NCBI GenBank assembly: GCA_951406725.2
Contig: OX597822.1
Location: forward strand, 38,254,001 to 38,318,000
Origin: Octopus vulgaris
Lineage: Eukaryota
Length of the DNA stretch: 64,000 nt
Direction of reading: 5' to 3'
Shown here: piece after piece, positions 26,380-40,584 of the stretch
Layout: each line of letters begins with the position of its first letter
How positions within the stretch are numbered: the stretch's first letter is position 1
Notes under the pieces: generated by a model
What the model was told of the DNA's origin: nothing
Database searches by the model: none
What the model saw: the letters and a program-made list of their open reading frames with translations, nothing else
Translations under genes and position numbers: made by a program

Positions 26380-27115
26380 ATATAGGGGAAAGGAATATAT
26401 TTTACAAAAGGAAAACAAACAAAAAAAAGGAGAATAAAAAATAATATCAAAGCAACACCAAGTGCCTCAATTAGTCGCATACCACAAACTTCAACGGACC
26501 CTACAGAAACAGACCAACGCGCTCATAACATTACCATTGGGCAATGACGAGGCTAAGGCGTTGGAAAAGCCAAGCACCCTCACGGGCATCACCTGACAAT
26601 TCGGTAAGGCGAGCCGCTAACGAAGAACCTCGCCGTTAGCGGCCCAGCCCCTCCAAACGTCCGTAAGAGATAGCTCACTTCAGGAAGCAGTGACCATCCC
26701 ATTTAGCGCAGCATCCAAGGTGTGGGAGGAAGCAAAAGAGTCACAGACTGTAGCGTCCCAGATGAAGCACCATCCTCTTGCCCTGGGAGAGTGGGTAAGA
26801 CCATTTGGTCTCTTCCCATCACTTTTGGATAACCTTGTCGGCTCCAGAACTGAGGAGATATTAATCTGAGCCAGGGTCTGCTTTATGATTAAGTTTAGCT
26901 TGGTGTGACGAGTGAAACGACCAGCATTTAGGCGGCAAGACAGGCCGTGAATACCTGTAGAGTCGAGGGGACTACCACAGTGACATCTCAGTCCCCTAAA
27001 CGTCAGCTCCCACCCACTCTGAGTGCAATGGAGATGCAGAGCTCATCTAGTCTTCCACTGTTGGCCACAGGCATCAATCCAGTCCCCTGAGAATTTTGCA
27101 CTAGCAGAAAGTAGG
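26380..27115 (-). mobile_element. 3' fragment of a CRE-clade non-LTR retrotransposon (zinc knuckle + restriction-like endonuclease)
   Basis: Minus strand: RCHCGSPLDSTGIHGLSC (CCHC), RH..., EPTRLSKSDGKRPNGLT...WDATVCD, TFGGAGP, REGAWLFQRLSLVIAQ.GN; then AT-rich 3' UTR ending at a (TA)n tract. Confidence 0.85.
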
Positions 27116-27639
27116 TGACACCCTGAAAATTGATCAAGGAGAGAGTTGTAAAGTTTAGGTTAGTTAAAGTATGTTTGTAACATATTTCAAACTTCCACAA
27201 TGCAAGTTCACTGCAGTTACCACAGAGAAAAATTCTCTCTTATGGTAAAAAGGTGTGTATATGTATATATTCGCCAGCCTTGTCTGGCACCTGTGTCGGT
27301 GGCACAAAAAAACACCATCCGAGCGTGGCCGTTCGCCAGCCTCGTCTGGCACCTGTGTCGGTGGCACATAAAAAGCACCCACTACACTCACGGAGTGGTT
27401 GGCGTTAGGAAGAGCATCCAGCTGTAGAAACTCTGCCAGATCTGACTGGCCTGGTGCAGCCTTCGGGCTTCCCAGACCCCAGTTGAACCGTCCAACCCAT
27501 GCTAGCATGGAAAGCGGACGTTAAACGATGATGATGAATTACAGAGAAATTTGAAAATATGTTCTTAAATGAGATTGAATTTTATCAGTTAAAACTCTCC
27601 ATTTTTCTCCTTGTAATATATTCCATATATATGTATATG

Positions 27640-28060
27640 TGAGGCACTGGCAAGAAAACGAGATGAAACATACACAAAACTTCCAAGAGCAGCATTTAAC
27701 ATCAAACGGCCATCCCATATAACAAACTGTGTTCTTTATGGTGATCTTCCAAGAGTTACCTCTACTATGAAGGAAAGAAGACAGATTCTATGGATATTAC
27801 TTTCGTAACAAGGATGAAGTAATGAATTAAATGCTGATATGGGAACCAGTAGACTGAAAATAAACCTTTAGGCTTAGGTACACTTGGCAGGGGCCAAGGG
27901 TCCAATTCTGGTCAGTGTATGCTGTGGGCTTGCTGTTAATAAATACTATAGGGCACAGTGCAATGATTTGCTTTGGGCCCTATTATGCTACTTAAACAGC
28001 CCTGGGTCGTCCTGCTAGGACATTTATTGACCAACTGATTGGAGACTAATCTAAAGAAGA
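27640..28060 (+). mobile_element. Second RTE/RTEX-like LINE ORF2 C-terminal fragment, interrupted by a small insertion
   Basis: YTKLPRAAFNI...HITNCVLYGDLPRVTSTMKERR...LIWEP...GRPARTFIDQL. Confidence 0.7.
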
Positions 28061-28406
28061 TCAATGAGCATCACAGATGAGAGAATTCTGAAGACCCTTT
28101 TTGAATCAATAAAAAAGCACTAATCCAAGGCCCCCAGTACATTCTGGGTCAAACTACATGCCCTGTATTATTTGTTCAACTTTTGGGCAGTAGGTTTAAT
28201 TTGTCATCCAGTTTAACCAATTAACATTTAAACTGGCCATATCCATCCCTAACATTCTACTTTTTTAATATCCAAATTATCCCTCTCACACCTGCCCTAC
28301 AATGTTAGTCTAAAAATAAACAGTCACATCATGGAAATATTAAAGCTACAAGATAATGCATGATTAACTCAAAACGATGTAAATAAATAAACATTACATT
28401 TAACAG

Positions 28407-28740
28407 TGAAGGCACATGGTTCAGTGGTTAGAGCACTGGGCTCACAATCATGATACAGTGAGTTTGATTCCCAAACTGGGCTCTGTGTTGTGTTCTTGAG
28501 CAAGACACTCTTTTTCATGTTGCTCCAGTTCACTCAGCTGTAGAAATGAGTTGCAACACCACTGGTGCCAAGCTGTACTGGCCTTTGCCCTTCCCTTGGA
28601 TAACATCAGTGGTGTGGAGAGAGGAAGCTGGTATGCATGGGTGACTTCTGGTCTTCCATAAACAACCTTGCCTGGACTTGTGCCTTGCAGGGGAACTTTC
28701 TAGGTGCAATCCCATGATCATTCATGACCGAAGTCTTTTT
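28407..28740 (+). mobile_element. tRNA-derived SINE family C nested in a piggyBac MITE (others at ~3800, 17670, 32480, 36170, 38410, 55240)
   Basis: Head TGGTTCAGTGGTTAG...GAGTTTGATTCC, gtgttgtgttcttgagcaagacac; 13-bp TSD TTACATTTAACAG at 28394-28406 and 28741-28753. Confidence 0.85.
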
Positions 28741-28789
28741 TTACATTTAACAGAATAATCTGAATGCTAAAGGGTTAATCCCACCACTT

Positions 28790-29460
28790 GTCATCTTGGG
28801 TGCTTTTAGCAGAACTCACCTTGTTGCAAGCATTCAGGATGGGTTTCTAGTTTGAAGATACCTTTCTTCCCTGTCCCGCTAATCTTGGAGTCCATGTCAT
28901 GGCCTCTGAGACTGCTAGTAATCATAGTATCATAGGCGCTACCTTTTCTTATGATTAAAAGATAACAAAACTTGAATTTTGTGGACAGACAGGAACTGGT
29001 CAAAGCTAAAATAGTTTCTGCCTTTGAAGAAAGAGGATAATCTTTAAGAATATAAGTTTTATTTGAAGAAATTACCAAAGAATTAATCACAAATTGTGAG
29101 GGTTTGTAGTAACTTTGAAGGTGTTTGTTGTGTGTTGGCCAAGTGAAGAAGGAAAGGCGATGGTTCTTAAAGGTAGTGCAAGTTTGACATGTCTAGGTTA
29201 GATGTGAACATCTATGTGTGGAAAATTAAGTAGGAATGAAGGATGTGATCATGTACAGAGGAGTGAGCAAAGTTAGAGGTGAAAGAAAATAGGTTTTCAG
29301 GTGCAAGACAAAGCGTGTAGGAGACATAACCTAACATTGTTGTACACCAAAGTCGGTAGGTGTACATAATGCAGTGATGCATTCTGACACCAAAACATGG
29401 GAGACAAATGAACTATAAGAGTAGGAAGCTTAGCTTTGGTAAAATACTTTAAGTCAGAGG
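28790..29460 (-). mobile_element. Heavily decayed Penelope-like reverse transcriptase fragment
   Basis: ILALTSSCLSTKFKFCY...RKGSAYDTMITSS resembles the L...CL..N.F.F...Y.Q..G.AMG motif; weak, by eye only. A similar relic lies at ~12760-13000 (+; QISMGMIMISRLAQIM). Confidence 0.35.
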
Positions 29461-31739
29461 TCATACCAGATCAATACCAAACCATTTGGTACCAGGCTAT
29501 ACAGAAAGAATACACTTTTTAATTTTATTTTTATTTTATTGACTATCACAATCTGCTGGATGTTTTTTCAGTACCATGTTAAAAGCACATGCTGCTGCCT
29601 CATAAAAAGTACTCAGTGCACTCTATGGAGCGGTTGGCATTAGGAAAGGCATCCAGTTGTAGAAACCTTACCAGCTCTGGTCAAACCATCTAACGGAAGA
29701 GGAAGATGATGATGGTGATATGTATGTATTTATGTATGCAGTGATTGAATTAAGTTATATATTGTATATTATGCACTTTATTGTGTTTTGTTATGTGCAT
29801 GGTCCCCTGGCCTGTGGGGAAATTGTCTTGCATGAAACTGGTCTGTGGTGCTAAAAAGGTTGAAGATTATTGCTTTAAGTTGTTGTCAACAACTTAATTT
29901 TTCAAGAATAAGAAGACTACTGGTGAGTGACACATAAGAACAGATCTTCAGTAGACCTCACTCTGCAGAAGATATACTTGTGGTCTCTGACAAGAGGGAA
30001 AGAGACTCAGGTGTTGGAGAAGATAATTATTATCTGTATTTATCACCATCATGCTGTTGTAAGTAAGTGTAATAAGTTGTAAGAGTTTATCCTTCTTGAA
30101 GATGGAACACACTGTGTCATGTTTCCAAGATAAGGATAGATGCCTTTTGATAGAAAAGGATTGAAGAATTTGGCATTGGTAGGTTGGGAGTCTAGCTTCT
30201 AAGCACACATTAATTGAGGGTAATGAAAGGGACATTCTCAGCAGTAGTAGTAGTAGTGCCAGCAGTTAAACCTAAAATCTGTCTTTAATCAGCATGATCA
30301 AAGCACTTTCCAGCTGGAACATGCCATCTTTTTGATTACTCAGAACTACATTTTCCAATAAGGCATTCCTATTTTAAGGCAACAGGCTCTGAATTGAGAG
30401 AATTTGGCTGCTATTTTTCTCAAACTGAGCAACCAATGTAGAAGTTTTCTTGTTAACTCCTGGCATCAATATGTTCCTGATGGTGGCTATGTTGGACTAT
30501 AGAAAAAAAAGTTTCAAGTGTGGAGGGAGGGGAGAGGAATCAACAAATTTGATATAGAGATTCTCTTAGCAAAGAGCCAGAAGTACTTGCTCTAGCTTGG
30601 AAGAGCTTGCAGGCTGTCATACACAAAGGCTTTTTAGACGTTAGTGTTGCATGCATAGCAACAATGTGTTAAAGTGACCCAACTTGTAAATGGTTTAGTA
30701 TTGCAAGCAGTATTCTTTGTCTAAACTGCTACAGCTTAACTGCATGTGAATCCCATGGGGGGCCTTAGGTTATGGGTTCTGTTTATGTGATGGACGCTAA
30801 AGATGTGCCTAGGACTATTGTTTCAACTGCTTAACAGTTTTGTACTGATTAGGTGGGGAAGTAAATATCTGCTGCTATAGTTAGGGGTTAGTGTAAAACT
30901 AGAACATCTTCACAGAGTATTCAGAACTAACAGCCAGTGGGAACTCTTCTATACTAATGTCCAATTCTTATGGCTGAAGAACCAAAGAAAAAGCTTCAAA
31001 CCCTGAAGTAGGATCCAGAATCAAGAGACCTAAACGTCAATTTAACAAGGACAAAAGTTTTAGTATGAAGAAAACATATAACTAGTACCAAATAGTAAAT
31101 GGCCATGCTTGATATGCCCAGAGAAGAGAAGGTAGGATTTCAGTTCTGTATATTTAATATAGATTATGGGTACAGAAAGAATACAGTCAAATTGACAGAG
31201 AAGATGAACTTTATATTGTGTAGATGCTGATGTCACATAAATGGCATGTAAAAAGTACCTTTGAAGCATTGAGCCTCACAGAGGGAAGGTAGCCAATGCC
31301 AGTGGCACATGAAAAGCTCCTTTTGAGCGTTGGGTTTCATAGAGGCAATGATGAGTGATTGAGACCTTTGGCCTTATGATATGCTTGAGAAGAAAACCCA
31401 TCAAGCCAAGTAAAACCATAGTCTTGACAGATACTGGTGTCGTACAAATGGCACCCATGCCAGTGGCACATAAAAGAACCCATTGCACTCTCAGAGTTGT
31501 TGGCATTAGGAAAGGCATCCAGTCATAGAAATCATGCCAAAACACACTGGAGTCTGGTGCAGCCTTCCAGCTTGCCAGCCCTGGTCAAACCATCCAACCC
31601 ATGCCAACATGGACAATGGACATCAAATGATGATGATAGATACACAGGTGCAGATTGCAGTAAGGCTACTAACAAATGAAGACTCGGTTGCCAAAGAAAC
31701 TCATTAAAATAATTTGGAAAATTCTGTTACTTAAGTAAC

Positions 31740-33490
31740 CAAATCAACAGTAGAGAGGAGTATTGCAAAAATAAAGTCACCAGAATAATGATGGAATAGA
31801 AACAAATTCAAGAAACCATTACCTCTAACAAAGGGCTTCGCTCTTCAACTGAAAGGCAGACTGTATGATGCTGATGTAAGAGATGCATTGTTACATGAAT
31901 AGTGAGACAAAGCTTCCAAATATGGAGGATATGTGAAAGCTAGAAAGAAAGAAATGGGTCCAGCATATTCTACTGGATGTATAATACCTGTGTGTATGAA
32001 GAAGAGAGCATAAATATACTGTGAAAAAAAATTTGACATCAGAATTATTAGATGTGCAGGCTTGGCTGTATGGTAAGAAGATTGCTTCCCAACCACATGG
32101 TTCCAGGTTCAGTCCCACTGCATGGCACCTTGGGCAAGTGACTTCTACTATAACCTCAGGCCAACCAAAGCTTCGTGAGTGGATTTGGTAGATGGAAACT
32201 GAAAGAAGCCTATTGTATATATAAGTATATATCTATGTGTGTGTGTCTTTGTGTCTGTGTTTATCCCCTACCATCACTGCTTGACAACCGCTGTTGGTGT
32301 GTTTACATCCCTATAACTTAGCGGTTCAGCAAAAGAAACTGATAGAATAAGTACTAGGCTTAAAAAATAAGTCTTGGGGGTCAATTCATTCAACTAAAAC
32401 CCCTCAAGGCAGTGCTTCAGCATGGTCACAGTCAAATGACCGAAGCTAGTAAATGAATAAAAGAATAAAAGCAGTGAGCAAAAGAGTGTGAAGGTAAGGA
32501 TATGATGGTCAATCTGCATTACTCTGTAAGAAACATGGGACCAGTTTGTTTGGTCTTTTATATATTCCCCACATGGACAGAACACCGGTCAGTCGCAGAA
32601 TTACTCATTTTTACCAGCTGAGTGGACTGGAGCAATGTGAAATGAAGTATTTTGCTCAAGAACACAACACATCACCCAGTCCAGGAAATGAAACCACAAC
32701 CTTAGAATCATGAATCCAACACCCTAACCACTAAGCCACACTGAGTGGATAGGAGTAAAGTGAAATGAAGTGTTTTGCTCAAGAACACAATGTGTTGTGT
32801 GGTCCAGGAAATGAAACCACAAGCTTAGAATCACGAGTCCAAGACCCTAACCACTAAGTTTTGCACCTCTACAAATGGAATGATTAACCTGGAACATTTG
32901 CATTTACACATATATAACATTTGAATAAACAGAACAGCATCCAAGAGATATCAAATGAGATACATACACGTTTTCACTGTATACTATGTTAAATAGTAAT
33001 ACTAAGTTCATAATTATTCAAAACAATTTTTAAAAATCTGAATGCCTTATAAAAAAGTTGATTGATATAGCTTTTGAGTAACATCTCAGGTCATTCTAGA
33101 CAAAAATGAGTTGAAAAAGGAGAACATCTACTATGGGACTATTGAGGGACATCATTCTGTGTAGCCCTATAAGTCATTCTATAAGGAATCATAGAAGGTG
33201 AGAGATCAACTCATGGAGCTGAGTGGCAAGACTTCATATGGACGTCTGGATGGCTCTATTTAGGGTTTACTTTGCCAGCTTTTTATAACCTTAAGGAGTT
33301 TCTAGAAAGTTTGACTAGACTGCTTGCCAGTAAGATTTCAGCTCACATGGCTATACACCACACCAACAGATCTAACTGGCTGAGTCATATCTGCATAGAA
33401 ATTAATATCTTTTATGGCAACACAATTAATTTTTCATAAGTGAGGCTTTGCCTTTTATGGCTGTATACTAGACCTTGGTTCAGAGCTAGG
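31740..33490 (+). mobile_element. Possible very old Gypsy/Ginger-type integrase relic, split by SINEs
   Basis: Fragments KGFALQLKGRLY, FYW and NWLSHICIEINIFYGNTINFS..YG occur in the order expected for an integrase; many stops; by eye only. Confidence 0.25.
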
Positions 33491-33675
33491 TAACCTAAGT
33501 ATGATGGTTCAAAACTCAGCAGGAGCCTCGTTACAACTATAATGAATGAAAGAAGATAAACATTTGAGTCCAACTCACTCCAACCTTCTTGCTGAATTCA
33601 CTGTTATATTTGGCACTAACTCTCACCTTCTCCGTATATGACCTGTACTCCTCTCACAAGACATTTGTCTGCTCA

Positions 33676-33872
33676 AAGCTTCAGACCACCAGATCACAGA
33701 ACAGGGAATGATTTTAAAGGCCATCTCAAGGTTAACAATGCTAGGCTTAAAGGCCATATTTTCAACTTGCAGCTTAAGCTTCAAACCACCAGATCACAGA
33801 GCAGGGAGTGATTTTTAAAGGCCATCTCTAGGTTAACAATGCCAGGTTTAAAGGCCATATTCTCGACTTGCA
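33676..33872. repeat. Tandem duplication, 2 x 100 bp
   Basis: aagcttca.accaccagatcacaga.caggga.tgatttt...acttgca starts at 33676 and 33776. Confidence 0.9.
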
Positions 33873-35296
33873 TCCTGATTGAACAGGAAAGTTTGTAAAT
33901 CTATTATAAATGTTTCTAGATCTTCCCAGTAATGTTGGTGGAAGATGCTGCCTCTTTATAGTAGGCAGTGCCAATGGAATTGTAAATATCACCTCTGGAA
34001 TTTGAAGTTTTGGTATTTAGATTTATACATTTAGTCTACTCTACTGGGTAGTTGATGCTAGGAAGGGCATCCAGCTGTGAAAATCCTGCCAAAACAGAAA
34101 CAGATGTCTGGTGCACGCTTCTGCCTGGCCGGTTCCTGTCAAACCATCCCACCCATGCCTGCATGGAAGGTGAATGTTAAATGATGATGATGGTGATGAT
34201 GTTATTATCAGTCAAGTGTTTACTTTTGCTTGTAGTTCATTTATGATGGAAAAAAATATGGAAGCAATGGAGACATAAAATGTAACATTTTTTGTCTCTA
34301 CTTTCTTCCTGCCATTATGTTCCTTGAGTAACAAGAGATTGCTATGAATCTGTTATTATCCAATACATCTCTTCATTTATACTTGTACTGCTAGCAAACA
34401 TTTCCTTCCCTACAGGTCACTTGTCTACTGATGTTCATCACTCTCTTTCTAGCTAACATTACCCTCCTAGGTGGTTTTCATTTATATTGATGTTAGGAAG
34501 GGCATCCAGCCATAAAAACCTTGCCAAAACAGATACTGTAACCTGTAGTAGTCTTCTATCTTCTACCAGGCTGGCTCCTGTCAGCAGTCCTACCCATGCA
34601 TGCATGGAGGATGGACATTAAACAATGACGACGACGATGATGATATATGCACACATACAGCATACACTACCAATCCCCACCCATCAGCTCTCTCTCTCTC
34701 TCTCTCTCTCTCATCAGTATTTAATGGAGCTCTCATCTTTCATCTTGCACCACACAGCTTTCATTCCCTTTTCAGTATCTAGTACCTCTCTCTCACCCTG
34801 ATGTCTGAACAATGAGGGACTGCATCAAACGTATTGGTATCTGATACACTCCCTCAACTCTTTCTCGCAACCAGCAAATATGTAACTTCCATTAGTTTTT
34901 CTACCATCACATTGCCTGATAAATAAGGGATTGCATTTAATTCAAGACACCCCTTCTCATAACCTTTATTTAGTCTCCCTTAGGTATCTATCAGTCTCTT
35001 ACCATTACTACTCTGACTATTTATACCCACTCACAGCAGCTAACCTCTGCTCTTTCTCTTTCATATTACTCTTTATTCTCTTTACTCTTTTACTTGTTTC
35101 AGTCATTTGACTGTGGCCATGCTGGAGCACCAGCTTTAGTCGAGCAAATCTACCCCAGGACTTATACTTTGTAAGCCTAGTACTTATTCTATCGGTCTCT
35201 TTTGCCAAACTGCTAAGTTACGGGACGTAAACACACCAGCATCAGTTGTCGAGCGATGTTGGAGGGACAAACACAGACACACAAACATATGCACAC

Positions 35297-35337
<41 letters not shown>

Positions 35338-36049
35338 TACGACAGGCTTCTTTCAGTTTCTGTCCAAATCCACTCACAAAGCTTTGGTCGGCCTGAGGCT
35401 ATAGTAGAAAACACTTACCACACAGCCACTCCTACGCCTTCTATTACTCATTATTGATTGATATCCATCACGCGTTTACCATTGACCATTTCACAACTAA
35501 TATCTATCATTCATGTTCATCTGTTGCTTGCTACTATTACTCTTTCATTATATTCTACTATTACCATCTCTTCATTACTTCTTTAATTACTTTGCCCTTT
35601 CGTCTCTTTTTTTATCCTCTCTGTCTCCTCCTTCAAAATCTAGCTTTTTTCTTCCTTTCATCCCTGTTCATCCAATGGCATTTCATCAATCTTTCATATT
35701 TGTCACATTGCCCTGTACAAACAGAGGTGATTCAATAGGGTGTCATCTCTGTTCATACTGGGCAATGCGACAAATTGCAGGAGAAAAGTTCACCTCTCTA
35801 GTGCTGGTGCCACAATAAAAATGCTCTTTGTATACTGCTAAACAACTAAAGATGTTTGTTCTTGCCTTTCCCTTCAGATTCTCACTTATACTGCAATTTT
35901 TATATTTTCTAAAATTTCAATGAAACAATTATATTTAAGCTACATTCCTTGTGTTCTGATTTTAGGTTTTGAATAGGTATGGAGGGAGATTTTGTCATCT
36001 AATTGCATAGATAATGTCAGTTAAAGTTTTCAACACCCTATATTAACAT

Positions 36050-36076
36050 TTGTGTGTGTGTATGTATGTATGAATG

Positions 36077-36165
<89 letters not shown>
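36050..36165. repeat. Long (TG)n/(TA)n microsatellite
   Basis: About 40 uninterrupted TA units. Shorter TA, TG and GA tracts occur throughout, e.g. 5788, 6555, 38066, 52028. Confidence 0.95.
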
Positions 36166-36169
<4 letters not shown>

Positions 36170-36689
36170 ATTAATGGCTTAGTGGTTAGGGTGTTGCACT
36201 CATGATTGTGAGATCATGTGTTCAATTCCCAGACCAGAGGCTGTGTTGTGTTCTTGAGCAAAGCACTTCATTTCACATTGCTCTGCAATCATTTTGTCAT
36301 CTGACATGTGGGACCCATTGCTTCTGTACAGGCAATGTTGATCTGATGGAGAGAGTGAACTTAGGTCTACACAAACATTTGATCACTATAAACAAATCAT
36401 CTGTGTGGTTAATTGGTAAGAAATTGTCAAAGTTTTATACATTGTCTAACAATGGGAGAGTCCATCATAAGAATTAATATAAACAGCCATGCACAATGTG
36501 TTATCTTAAAGGAAAAATATAATTGTCCCTAAATGTGACTAAGAGTGTCAAGACACATTGCTAGAAATAAGAGCTAAATACTGTAGGAAAAACATAATTG
36601 TATACATATATGCTTTGAGTGGGCTGGGGCTGGTTATGCGACACTGGTGTAGGTTACATCTGTGCACTCACTTATTTGCTGGGTTTCTG

Positions 36690-37175
36690 CAATCACAGCA
36701 TATCTCCAGAGGTCTTGGTCTTTTGTCATTGCCTCTGTGAGGCCCAATGTTCAAAGGTCATGCTTCACCACCTCATCCTATGTCTTCTTGGGTCTACCTC
36801 TACCCCGGATTCCTTCAACTGTTTGGGAGTGGCACTTCTTCACACAGCTCTCCTCATCCACCCATAGTACATGACCATACCAAACGTCTCTCTTGCACAT
36901 CATATCTAATGTTTCTTATGTCCAACATTTCTCTCAGGGCGTTTGCACTCTGTCGTGTGTGCACATTGACATTACACATCCAGCGAATCATGATAGCTTC
37001 ATTTCTTTCGAGTCTATGCATGTTTTCAGCAGTCATGGCCCATGTTGCGCTGCCGTGAAGCATGGCAGTTTGCACACATGCATCGTACAGTCTACCTTTC
37101 ACTCTGAGCTAGAGGCCCTTTGTCACCAGTAGGGGCAGAAGCTTTCTGAAATTTGCCCAGGCTATTCTTATTCTA
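36690..37175 (-). mobile_element. RTE-clade LINE ORF2 C-terminal fragment
   Basis: KGRLYDACVQTAMLHGSATWAMTAENMHRLERNEAIMIRWMC...LREMLDIRNI...RRL.WYGH-type motifs of RTE ORF2 tails. Confidence 0.85.
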
Positions 37176-38071
37176 GTGTGCGTATGTGAATGTATTTAAG
37201 AATGCTCTAATAAAAATGCATCTCTGCTCCAGTTATAACTATTTCTTTATTATTGTAGATTATTTCAGTTTTTATGTTTCCTTTGGAACAATAAAATTCC
37301 AGACATTCATTGATGTTTTTCAGATCTTCTGGAAGGAATTAACTGAGGTGGTCATTCTAGCCATTTTTATTGAAGGCAGAAATCATGTTGTATCACTTTC
37401 TGATAGGTTATCATGAAATTTGAATCTCTCTTGACACCTGATTTTTCTCTTTTCTTCAGGAATAGGGAAATAGTTTGGGTATGGTGCCTTGCATTTGGCT
37501 TTCGTATAATATTTTGCTATTAATATGGTTTTCAGGAATAAGGCTTTAGGTTTTTTAAAAAATTTTTAGAAGCAGTTGTGGAGTGATGATGTTTTTAATG
37601 TAGTTGTAATATCAACAAATGTTTTTTTTTTAATCTAATTTTGTTTTGTTGTTTGTGATATCATATGCTGCAAAGACACTTCTTCATAGAGATTCATGGT
37701 CAGCTGCCATGAAATGTGTGTGGGCACTTGGAAAATAACAAATGAGAAACAGACACAGCAGCATAAAAGAATCGGTAATAACAATCTTCATCAAAATCTA
37801 AAATCATGGCATCCATGAGATAACAAGTAGAAAGGTTCTTGAAATATTGGTGCATTGAAAGAAAGTTTATTGTTTCAAAACTAAGCTTAAAAGACGTGTA
37901 AGGAAATGCAGAAAAAGGCACAAGAATGGCTGTGTGGTAAAGTAGCTTGCTTACCAACCACATGGTTCTGGGTTCAGTCCCACTGCATGGCACCTTGGGC
38001 AAGTGCCTTCTACTATAGCCTCGGGCCGACCAAAGCCTTGTGAGTGGATTTGGTAGACGGAAACTGAGAGA

Positions 38072-38129
<58 letters not shown>

Positions 38130-40092
38130 CACACCTGCTGGTACTCATTTTTCTCCTGAGTACACTGAAACAATGTGAAATGAGGTGCCTTGCTCAAAAT
38201 CGCAGTATGCCACCTGATCCAGGAGTTGAACCCACAACGCTATGATTGTGAGTCGATCACTCTAACCACTAGGTTACTTAGCTTCACCTGCATGCAAACA
38301 ATGTGAGTAGAACAAACAGGTTAAATAGAACTCAATACATGGGTAGAAAGAGTCAAGAGTTACATGAATGGCAAGTGTGGTACTTTGGTAATTTTCTGTT
38401 GATTAAAACTGGCACTCTGTCAGTTGTGAGGATGAGGGTTGTAGCTGATCTAATCAATGGAACAGCTTGCTTGTGAAATTAACATGCAAGTGGCTGAGTA
38501 CTCCACAGACACATTGACCCTGAATGTAGTTCTCAGGGAGATTCAGCATGACACACAATGCCACAAGGCTGGCTCTTTGAATTATAGGTACATCTCATTT
38601 TTGCCAGCTGAGTGGACTGGAGCAACATGAAATAAAGAGTCTTGCTCAAGGACACAATACAGTACTGGGAATTGAACTCACAACATTATGACCATGTGCT
38701 GAATACCATAACCTCTAAGCCATGCACCTTCACATGTCTGAATATTAAAAAAAATGATGGGATGGTCATATCTAGAACGTCTTTGACCATTGGTCAGCTG
38801 GATCAGGATTCATCTGAAGCTAGTCAACATCAACAAGGAAAGTCATTGGATAATGTAGTCCTAGATACACTATGCCTCAATATAATATAGGAATGTCATG
38901 GCTGGAATATTAAGGATGTTCCAGCTATGACCATCAATATCAACAAGGAAAGACACATTGAATAATGTAGTCCTAGATACACTATTCCTGAATATAAGAT
39001 GGGATGGTCATTGCTGGAACATGTTTAATCAACCAATGTTCAGCAGAATTAAACAATGAAGGACAGGGGCACAGGGACACAGAAACTGGCACTTTGTCCA
39101 GTGACTTGGATTCAGGTCACTAAATAGTAAATGATGAAGGCCAAACATTTCCAGTAATGACATATGTGTGTGTGTGTCTAAGGTGGTGAGCTGGCAGAAA
39201 CGTTAGCCTGCAGGGCGAAATGCTTAGCGGTATTTCATCTGTCTTTATGTTCTGTGTTCAAATCCTGCCGAAGTCAACTTTGCCTTTTGTCATTTTGGAG
39301 TTGATAAATTAAATACCAGTTACATCCTGGGGTCGATCTAATCAACTGGTCCCCTCCCCCAAAATTTCAGGCCTTGTGCCTACAGTAAAAAAAAAAAAAT
39401 TTTGCCGAGGTCAACTTTGCCTTTCATCCTTTCAGGTTCGATAAATTAAGTACTAGTTTAGCATTGGGGTTGATCTAATCAACTGGCCCTCTCCCCACAA
39501 ATTTCAGGCCTTGTGCCTAGATTAGAAAAGAATATATGTGTGTGTATGTGTGTGTGTGTGTCTCTCTCTCTCGCTTTCTCTTCTTCTATTCTTTTACTTG
39601 TTTCAGTCATTTGAGTGCAGCCATGCTGGAACACTGCCTTTAGTTGAACAAGTTGATCCCAGGATTTATTCTTTGTAAGCCTAGTACTTATCTTATTAGA
39701 CTCTTTTGCCGAACCGTTTAGTTATGGGGACATAAACGCACTAACACTGATTGTCAAGTGATGGCGGGAGTTCAAACACAGACACACAAACACGTACATA
39801 CATAGATATATATGATATATGATAGGCTTCTTTCAGTTTTCGTCTACCAAATCCACTCACAAGACACTTGCCCAAAGTGTAAGCAGTGGGTTTGAACCTG
39901 GAACCATATGGTTGGGAAACATGCTTCTTATCACACAGCCACACCTGCACCTGTATATATACACATATATCTGTGGTGAATCTTTGGTGACTATGTAGAA
40001 TGCACCACTGGGAAATGCTGTTGCCATATTTCATTCTATAATGGCTACCTCTGATGAGTGCAAGGTTACATAATCGGATTGTTACCTAACAT

Positions 40093-40477
40093 AGGCGCGG
40101 GAGTGGCTGTGTGGTAAGAAGCTTGCTTACCAACCACATGGTTCTGGGTTCATTCCCACTGCATGGAACCTTGGGCAAGTGTCTTCTACTATAGCGTCGG
40201 GCCAACCAAAGCCTTGTGAGTGGATTTGGTAGACGGAAACTGAAGGAAGCCCGTCGTATATATGTATATATATGTATGTGTGTGTATATGTTTGTGTGTC
40301 GGTGTTTGACCCCCAACATTACTTGGCAATTAATGCATCCCCGTAACTTAGAGGTTCGGCAAAATACACCAATAGAATAAGTACTAGGCTTACAAAGTCC
40401 TGAGGTCAATTTGCTCAACTAAAGGCGGTGCTCCAGCATGGCCACAGTCAAATGACTGAAACAAGTAAAAGAGTAAA
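40093..40477 (+). mobile_element. tRNA-derived SINE family B with internal (TA/TG)n (others at ~20345, 21310, 32054, 35065, 37916, 39585, 45535, 50630, 53222)
   Basis: Head TGGCTGTGTGGTAAG...GGTTCATTCCC, CORE-like ccttgggcaagtgtctt, tail gactgaaacaagtaaaagagtaaa; many dispersed copies on both strands. Confidence 0.85.
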
Positions 40478-40584
40478 TATATATATATATGTGTGTGTGT
40501 GTTTACCTCTTAAATCATTTACAGTGTGTTGTGCATGGACACTAACATTGGCCATCCAGTGGAGCATGCTAATTTAATTTCTTT

